Of a stretch of DNA of 62,272 nt, positions 56,448 through 62,272 are shown in pieces. The position numbers were made by a program, and so were the translations under genes. Source of the stretch: a virus (Duplodnaviria; Caudoviricetes); IMG/VR virus record IMGVR_UViG_3300049489_000902, positions 1-62,272 of that record; one strand, 5' to 3'. Under the pieces are notes generated by a model. It ran no database searches. It was not told where the DNA came from and worked only from the letters and a program-made list of their open reading frames with translations. The stretch's first letter is position 1; each line of letters starts with the position of its first letter.

Positions 56448-59400
56448 TTAGAATAATCTTTGTTTCTTTCCAAGGCTATTAGAAAGAACTCTAACTATAT
56501 CATTATCTTCAACTGGTGCATGAGTTGATTCGCCTTCTCCTCTGGTTCCAACCTGTGGAATGAATCCAGCAGTTTTAACAGTGAGTGTAGGAGCTTGAGC
56601 AACAATATTCTTAAAGGACTCTAATCCTTCAGCATTGAATTTCAAGATCTTATCAACTTGAGCAGCTTTGGCTTCACGAACATTTAAGCATAATCCACGA
56701 TCTGCCATTGCTTCAACTAATTCCCATGCCTCAGCTAATTTAACTTTATGGGCATCCATTTCGGCTTCCTGAGAGGCTTTCGCGTGCTCTTTAACTAGTT
56801 CAGCTGCAAACTCTGAACCACCCTCTGCATTGGCATAATATTTCTTGTAATATGCAACCGCAGCAGCATCAACGCCTTCAGCAACTAATGAATCTAATTC
56901 TGAAGCAGTAATTGATCCAGTAGCAATTAAGTTACGAATTGCAAGAGCTTCTTTGCGAACGTTTGGATTTGAGGTAGCAACATCAACTACTTTAGTATGA
57001 ATTGCTTCTAAATCTTCTACTTCGTCAAGATCATCACTAACAGTAATATCAAGATCTAATTTAGCAGATCCTTGTGGATGAGCCTCATTAAGGATAGGAT
57101 TAAACTCACTGGCTAATTTAGCTCTTAAAGTAGCTCTATCAGAAGCTTGCGCTAAATCAAGAGTTAATTTATTTGTAGTAGGATTAAAATCTCCCTTGAT
57201 ATCTTGTTCATCACAAGCTTCGCAATCATCAGCAGCAGCTCTGTCAAGGTCAGCTAATTCAGATTCAATTGCATCTTGTTCTGCTTCAATTTCACTTAAA
57301 GCAACTTCATCATCTTTAATTTCGTCAGTAACAACCTCGTCATTAAGCAATTCAGCAATTAAAGCCTCAGCTTCTTCATCACTAACATCTTCTGACTCAG
57401 TAGTTTCAGCTAATTCACTTTCCATTTGAGCACGCTTCATAATCATGTCTGAACTACGAGCGTATTTAACGAAAGCATTTAGTAATTGGAAACCATCAGC
57501 AATTGCAGTTTTTGCATCAGCAATTGAATCTTCAGTTACAGAAGAAATTACAGAAGCATTCTCGGTAGTTACAGCATTATTTTCATAAACTGAAACGATT
57601 TGAGCAAGTTCTTCTGAATGATCATTCAATGAAGCAAGTGATTCTTTCATGGCATCAACTAAACCTGAATTTAATTGTTTGCGCATAACTTGTAATGAAG
57701 CAGTTGCAGTTACTGGAGCAGTAGGCTCAGCAGCAATTTCTCCCATTTCAGATTGTTCACCAGTTAAAGCCCTTACAGCTTCAACTAAATCGCTTGAAAG
57801 ATTTTGAATTTGACTTGAGATATCTTCGATTTTTGCCGTAGGGTCTTCTACATCAGCAGGAGCAACAACAGGGGAGACAGGTGCGGCGGGCTCAGCAGTT
57901 GTCATTTCAGGAGCAGCTTGACCTAATTTTGGTAAGCCAAGAATCATATTTACGGCATCTTCTGGTTTGCTTTTAACAACAGAACCATCAGGTAAAACAG
58001 TTCCTTCTTTAGCAGTAGCTGCTTCAGCAGGAGTTAATCTACGCATTTTACCAGTTTGTGAAATCGCAACTAAAACATTAGGAACAATAACGTCAGCTGG
58101 TAATATGGTATCAGCTTTATTAGTATCTAAACCTTTTAATACTTTATCAGTTTCCTCGTCAAGTTTTTTACCTAAATTAGGATCTACTGGCTTTGCAGTT
58201 GAAGGAGTAACTACCATTTCAGGAAGTTCAGTTACTTGGGCACGAACTTCTTGTAATAGAATTTTACCAAATTCAGCAGTGGCAATTTTATCAACAGAAA
58301 GACTTGAGTCAACATCAAGTAAATCAGCAACAGAAGCTTCACGGACTAAAGTCTCGCCAACAAATACTTTCCAGGCACTATCAGTTACTTTAGCTGATTT
58401 AACGAATTTGCCAGTTAGTTTCTCTCCACGAGAAAGCTTTTGTTTAATTTCTTTGTCGCCAGGATAAAGGTCTTCAACTTTTCCAACCTCAGGGAAAGGT
58501 TTCTTTCCTTGCATGTGTTTATCACCTTTACGAGCTTCTTCATTACCTGGATCAACTTTATATTGTTGTTTACCTTTGCCAACAGGGGCTTCGGTTCCAG
58601 CATGATAAGCTCTTGATTCTAAAGCAGCTTTAGCAGCTGATAAAGCATTAAGGCGTTGTGATGCACGAGCAAGCAATTTCTTTTTCTCTAAATCGCCTGG
58701 AGCTAAACCAGTTGAACCACCAAGATCATCGACTTTCATTTGACGATCTTCGTCTCGTAATTTAGCATTCATTGGGTCGGCTGGATATTGAGTCCCACCT
58801 TTGACGGGATCAACAGTTCCTTGAAAATACGCTGTCTTTTTACTCATTGTTTCCTCTTCAGTAATTTTTGATATTTTTGTTGTTAAATCTGCAAGAGTGG
58901 CTTGCATCATATTAATTTTCTCAGACAATTCAGCAGTTATTTCTTTTGCACTTGAAATTTCAGTTTCCTGAGCATATCTTTGACCAGGAGTGGTCAATTG
59001 CTCAGTATCCCCTGTAAATGCATCAGAACTATCTACGTCAGAAGAATCCATCTCTTCTTGAAGTTTTTCAATTCTTTCAATTGCTTTCTCTAAATCAGCT
59101 TTTAATTCATCAAGAGAATTTGTGTTTAATGAAATATTTTCACTTAAACCCTCTTTATTGTTAAAAGATAAATTAGCAGAATATTCATTAGCAATTTTAT
59201 TTAATTTATTTTGCTTTTGTGCTACATAAGAATTTAATGCATTTACAGAAGCAACTATATTTTTAATCTTAGCTTTACGATCAGCACCATTAACTACAAT
59301 AGATAACTCAATAGGACTTAAGTCTAAATTGATTTCACCATAACAAGTTTTATGACGCATGTGTTCGCAGAAATCTTTTTCTGCTCTAGCTACTCTTCCA

Positions 59401-60017
59401 CAATCTGTACAAACTGCTTTTCCAACTGCTGTACCCATTGATACATCATTAGAATAACCAGTTGAAACTTTTCTTGCCAAGTCAGGATAATTAATTTTAT
59501 CTAATGCACAAAGAGCAATTACTCTTTTTAATTTACGATCATAGTAAGTATCAACAATAAATCCTCTTACAAAGTCAACTGAACTTGATTTATGATCAAT
59601 ACAAAGTGGCTTTCCAACCCACTTCTTATGTGCAATTAATAGCTCTTTTTCAGGGAAAATGTCAGCGTTGGCATTTTTGTATGGCTTAATTGAAGGGTCA
59701 TTAGATTTCCACTTCATTGATTCGCCAGTAACTTCCCAACCTACTTGAACTTCTTCTCCCTTAGCAGTTAATTTAACTGTACCATCATCATTTAATGATG
59801 AAGCTTCAGCAGCGTGCATCATAATAGCTGAGAAATAAAGAAAATCATCAGCTTTAGGAGCTACTTTTCTTTTTTCGGCATCAGCCTTTGATTCTTTTTT
59901 AAATTCAGTAATGGTTTCGGCGAATTTTGCTAATATAGCAGGGTCTACTTGAGATATTGATGTTTCAGTTGATTCAATGCGTTCAATCTGATAAGCTTCG
60001 CCTATTTTAATAAACAT
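56448..60017 (-). CDS. Prohead protease fused to long acidic scaffold
   Basis: NANADIFP..EL, GKPLCIDH, VSMG, CTDCG..CEH, ELSIVVNGAD protease motifs; acidic coiled-coil remainder with an internal ~75-aa duplication (AYFQGT.../AYHAGT...). Confidence 0.75.
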   Translation of the reverse strand: MFIKIGEAYQIERIESTETSISQVDPAILAKFAETITEFKKESKADAEKRKVAPKADDFLYFSAIMMHAAEASSLNDDGTVKLTAKGEEVQVGWEVTGESMKWKSNDPSIKPYKNANADIFPEKELLIAHKKWVGKPLCIDHKSSSVDFVRGFIVDTYYDRKLKRVIALCALDKINYPDLARKVSTGYSNDVSMGTAVGKAVCTDCGRVARAEKDFCEHMRHKTCYGEINLDLSPIELSIVVNGADRKAKIKNIVASVNALNSYVAQKQNKLNKIANEYSANLSFNNKEGLSENISLNTNSLDELKADLEKAIERIEKLQEEMDSSDVDSSDAFTGDTEQLTTPGQRYAQETEISSAKEITAELSEKINMMQATLADLTTKISKITEEETMSKKTAYFQGTVDPVKGGTQYPADPMNAKLRDEDRQMKVDDLGGSTGLAPGDLEKKKLLARASQRLNALSAAKAALESRAYHAGTEAPVGKGKQQYKVDPGNEEARKGDKHMQGKKPFPEVGKVEDLYPGDKEIKQKLSRGEKLTGKFVKSAKVTDSAWKVFVGETLVREASVADLLDVDSSLSVDKIATAEFGKILLQEVRAQVTELPEMVVTPSTAKPVDPNLGKKLDEETDKVLKGLDTNKADTILPADVIVPNVLVAISQTGKMRRLTPAEAATAKEGTVLPDGSVVKSKPEDAVNMILGLPKLGQAAPEMTTAEPAAPVSPVVAPADVEDPTAKIEDISSQIQNLSSDLVEAVRALTGEQSEMGEIAAEPTAPVTATASLQVMRKQLNSGLVDAMKESLASLNDHSEELAQIVSVYENNAVTTENASVISSVTEDSIADAKTAIADGFQLLNAFVKYARSSDMIMKRAQMESELAETTESEDVSDEEAEALIAELLNDEVVTDEIKDDEVALSEIEAEQDAIESELADLDRAAADDCEACDEQDIKGDFNPTTNKLTLDLAQASDRATLRAKLASEFNPILNEAHPQGSAKLDLDITVSDDLDEVEDLEAIHTKVVDVATSNPNVRKEALAIRNLIATGSITASELDSLVAEGVDAAAVAYYKKYYANAEGGSEFAAELVKEHAKASQEAEMDAHKVKLAEAWELVEAMADRGLCLNVREAKAAQVDKILKFNAEGLESFKNIVAQAPTLTVKTAGFIPQVGTRGEGESTHAPVEDNDIVRVLSNSLGKKQRLF

Positions 60018-60133
60018 TAATTATCCTTTTTAAGTTTATCTTTTTTCTCAGATATTTTTTTCTTTTGTTCTTCCGTCAACTCAGACGTTTTAACAATAGA
60101 ATCTATTTTACCATCACCATGCTTTATAAACAT
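60017..60133 (-). CDS. Small basic peptide (38 aa)
   Basis: MFIKHGDGKIDSIVKTSELTEEQKKKISEKKDKLKKDN; its stop overlaps the protease start (TAATG). Confidence 0.5.
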   Translation of the reverse strand: MFIKHGDGKIDSIVKTSELTEEQKKKISEKKDKLKKDN

Positions 60134-60209
60134 AAAATACTCACAATTTCAAGAATAACTGATATACGCTAAAAAACATACTAAAATATTAGTGAATTTC
60201 TTTCGTATA

Positions 60210-60830
60210 TTATACTTTTTTCAGTTCTTCTTCTCTTTGTTTATATAACTGAAGTAATACTGGAACTTCTTTTTCTATTTTTTTATTTAAATTCTTGCCC
60301 ACATCATCTAACCAAGTCTCAGACAAGATGTTATCTTTAATAATCGGAAACACTCTATCATCAATTAAATTGCTTATAGACTTAGCTTTATTTTGTATAT
60401 CTTCAATATATTTAGATATATTTTTAGTAAATTCTACAGACTCTAATACTTCAAATTCATCAACGAACAAATTAACTATCTTCTGCAACTCTTCAATAGA
60501 AGAAATAAATGCTGAACTTGACTTTTTAACTTGAACATCAAACATGAATGGTTTTAAAGAATTAATTGCTTCAAAAGCAGCAATCTTAAATTTATTAAAA
60601 TTATCAACCGTTTTATCTCTAAATGCTCTTAAAACTGATCTTTGCTTTAAAATATCTTCAGCAGGTATATCTCCCTTTTCTTTAAAAGGAACATACATAT
60701 CATTTAATTCATTTACACTATAATCTAATTGTTTTTTAGCATTTCTAAAATATCTTAAACAAATATTGGCTTTTTGTTTCTCATCGTCAGAAACAGGATA
60801 AGATAGTTGTATTGATGATTTTTTTCTCAT
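60210..60830 (-). CDS. Hypothetical helical protein
   Basis: Intact coupled ORF. Confidence 0.6.
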   Translation of the reverse strand: MRKKSSIQLSYPVSDDEKQKANICLRYFRNAKKQLDYSVNELNDMYVPFKEKGDIPAEDILKQRSVLRAFRDKTVDNFNKFKIAAFEAINSLKPFMFDVQVKKSSSAFISSIEELQKIVNLFVDEFEVLESVEFTKNISKYIEDIQNKAKSISNLIDDRVFPIIKDNILSETWLDDVGKNLNKKIEKEVPVLLQLYKQREEELKKV

Positions 60831-61543
60831 TGATTTAAGAAGCCCCCAACATTAGTTGATGGTCCTACTCCATTTATCCCAGCGCCATTATCATAAGTTC
60901 CGACTTGGAAATTTATATCTTTATATGGTTTTATTGATTTATCCCTGTCTTCTAACGTCTCTGTTATTGGATCATATACAAAATCATATGGATAAGCTCT
61001 TGTATTATCTAATAATGGAGCAAATGTTATGTCATAACAAGAATTAGTTCCATCAGATACTGTTTCATCCCTAGCATTATCTACTATATCTAAACTATTC
61101 TCATCTTTGCCAATAGATCTTAATAACTTTAGCATTAATCGTACTAATTTAGGATTTAACCCTATTCCAAATCCTAATCTAAACATATTTGCTAATACTT
61201 TTTTAATATCCCTCTTAAGAAATACTAATTCATATATTGCTGATAAAAAACCTGTCCTGTCTTTTCCAACATGACAATGGATGAAAACAGGTTTTGTTTT
61301 AAATAAATCTTTTAAATTATATTTAAACAACTCTTTTAATGTACTTATATCTTTAACATCAATAGGAATAATAACATGTTTTATTCCTAATTCTTTGCAA
61401 ACAGAATCTATGTCTTCACCATGCTCTTTATCTAAAGAAATAATACTTTTTATATTATAATTTTGTTTTAAAGCAATGACATCTTCTTTAGTGGGAAATC
61501 CTCCCCTATAAACACCCTTATCTATTTGTTGAAATCTAATCAT
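60827..61543 (-). CDS. Protein tyrosine/dual-specificity phosphatase
   Basis: VYRGG.P, PVFIHCHVGKDRTG (HCx5R). Confidence 0.85.
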   Translation of the reverse strand: MIRFQQIDKGVYRGGFPTKEDVIALKQNYNIKSIISLDKEHGEDIDSVCKELGIKHVIIPIDVKDISTLKELFKYNLKDLFKTKPVFIHCHVGKDRTGFLSAIYELVFLKRDIKKVLANMFRLGFGIGLNPKLVRLMLKLLRSIGKDENSLDIVDNARDETVSDGTNSCYDITFAPLLDNTRAYPYDFVYDPITETLEDRDKSIKPYKDINFQVGTYDNGAGINGVGPSTNVGGFLNQ

Positions 61544-62199
61544 AGATTCCTTACAATATTATTAATTACTTTTCTTATATAAGAAGGATCATGATTAAAT
61601 AATACATTTTTAACGAATGTAATTGATTGTCCAATAGCAGCTGAATTAGGTAAGCCTTTATTAGCCAAGTCATTGGCATCTAAATTATATATTTTTCTTT
61701 TAAGATTCATCAATACTTTAGGCTGACTTATAGGGCTTATTCTACCTATTATAAATTTTATAATATCTGATAAGTATTTTCCTACTATTTCAGCCGATTC
61801 TAATCTTGAAATAGAAGCATTCTTAACCATTTCTTTATCTAATTTTAATTGATAAGATTTTTTAAATTCAACTAAAGTTTCTAATAAAGATAGTCTTTCA
61901 GCATTTTCATATTTATTAATTAAATTAAAATTAAATCTTTCATTATAAATTTTTAAGAATTGTTTTAAAGCATTTTTATTTTGCTTATTAATTTCTCTTA
62001 ATATAGCAGATAAAGAAAAGTCATAGATATCAGTAAGATCAATTATCTCACTAGCCTTTATATGTTTGAAAAATTCAATTTGTTTTAATCTTTTAGAAGC
62101 TTGCTCTTTAGAATCATAAGTACCAAGATTCTTTCCCTTTCTAGAAAGAACTCGATATTTACCATTAGGTAATTTTCTAATAAAAGCTAGTTTAATCAT
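61540..62199 (-). CDS. Hypothetical head-cluster protein
   Basis: IRKLPNGKYRVLSRKGKNLGTYDSKEQASKRLKQIEFFK basic N-terminal module. Confidence 0.6.
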   Translation of the reverse strand: MIKLAFIRKLPNGKYRVLSRKGKNLGTYDSKEQASKRLKQIEFFKHIKASEIIDLTDIYDFSLSAILREINKQNKNALKQFLKIYNERFNFNLINKYENAERLSLLETLVEFKKSYQLKLDKEMVKNASISRLESAEIVGKYLSDIIKFIIGRISPISQPKVLMNLKRKIYNLDANDLANKGLPNSAAIGQSITFVKNVLFNHDPSYIRKVINNIVRNL

Positions 62200-62272
62200 T
62201 TCTTTAAGAATTTTTTAATTTTATGTAAATCGCTACTTTTAAATAATACGTCATTTAATACAGAGTTATTTG
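62196..62272 (-). CDS. 3' end of an upstream CDS (partial)
   Basis: Open frame NNSVLNDVLFKSSDLHKIKKFLKK* whose stop overlaps the next start (ATGA). Confidence 0.4.
   Translation of the reverse strand, partial: NNSVLNDVLFKSSDLHKIKKFLKK

Noticed and set aside
240-61047. Short plus-strand track ORFs antisense to long genes (e.g. 14134..14601, 48968..49408, 55942..56409, 57967..58467, 42751..43062)
   Set aside because: Shadow ORFs opposite well-supported minus-strand genes, with no motifs of their own
1-62272. Alternative genetic code (stop-codon reassignment seen in some large phages)
   Set aside because: Long genes are intact and tightly packed under the standard code, and TAA, TAG and TGA all serve as stops

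Overview
Very AT-rich, almost entirely minus-strand virion morphogenesis region of a large contractile-tailed (myovirus/jumbo-type) phage, read with the standard genetic code. In transcription order it holds a head module (dual-specificity phosphatase, prohead protease-scaffold fusion, probable internal head proteins, two decoration-like paralogs, major capsid protein MCP), fibre/lectin-like genes, a short inverted lysis block, neck genes, a ~750-bp structured non-coding region, and a sheath-tube-chaperone-tape measure-baseplate tail module. The standout element is at 42682-45041, just downstream of the MCP gene and two inverted HNH genes. It is a head-to-tail array of 18 closely packed, mostly translationally coupled mini-ORFs (27-66 aa), most missed or mis-started by the ORF track. 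Each carries a conserved tag (I/L)-Y-D-W-x-F-(Y/H)-(E/D), usually at the C-terminus. Nine of them carry in-frame, diverged, non-collinear fragments of the MCP, one carries the tail-sheath C-terminus, and others may carry tail-tube or foreign-capsid pieces. It looks like a library of tagged virion-protein epitopes. All translations and alignments were done by hand; product names come from motifs and synteny, not database searches.
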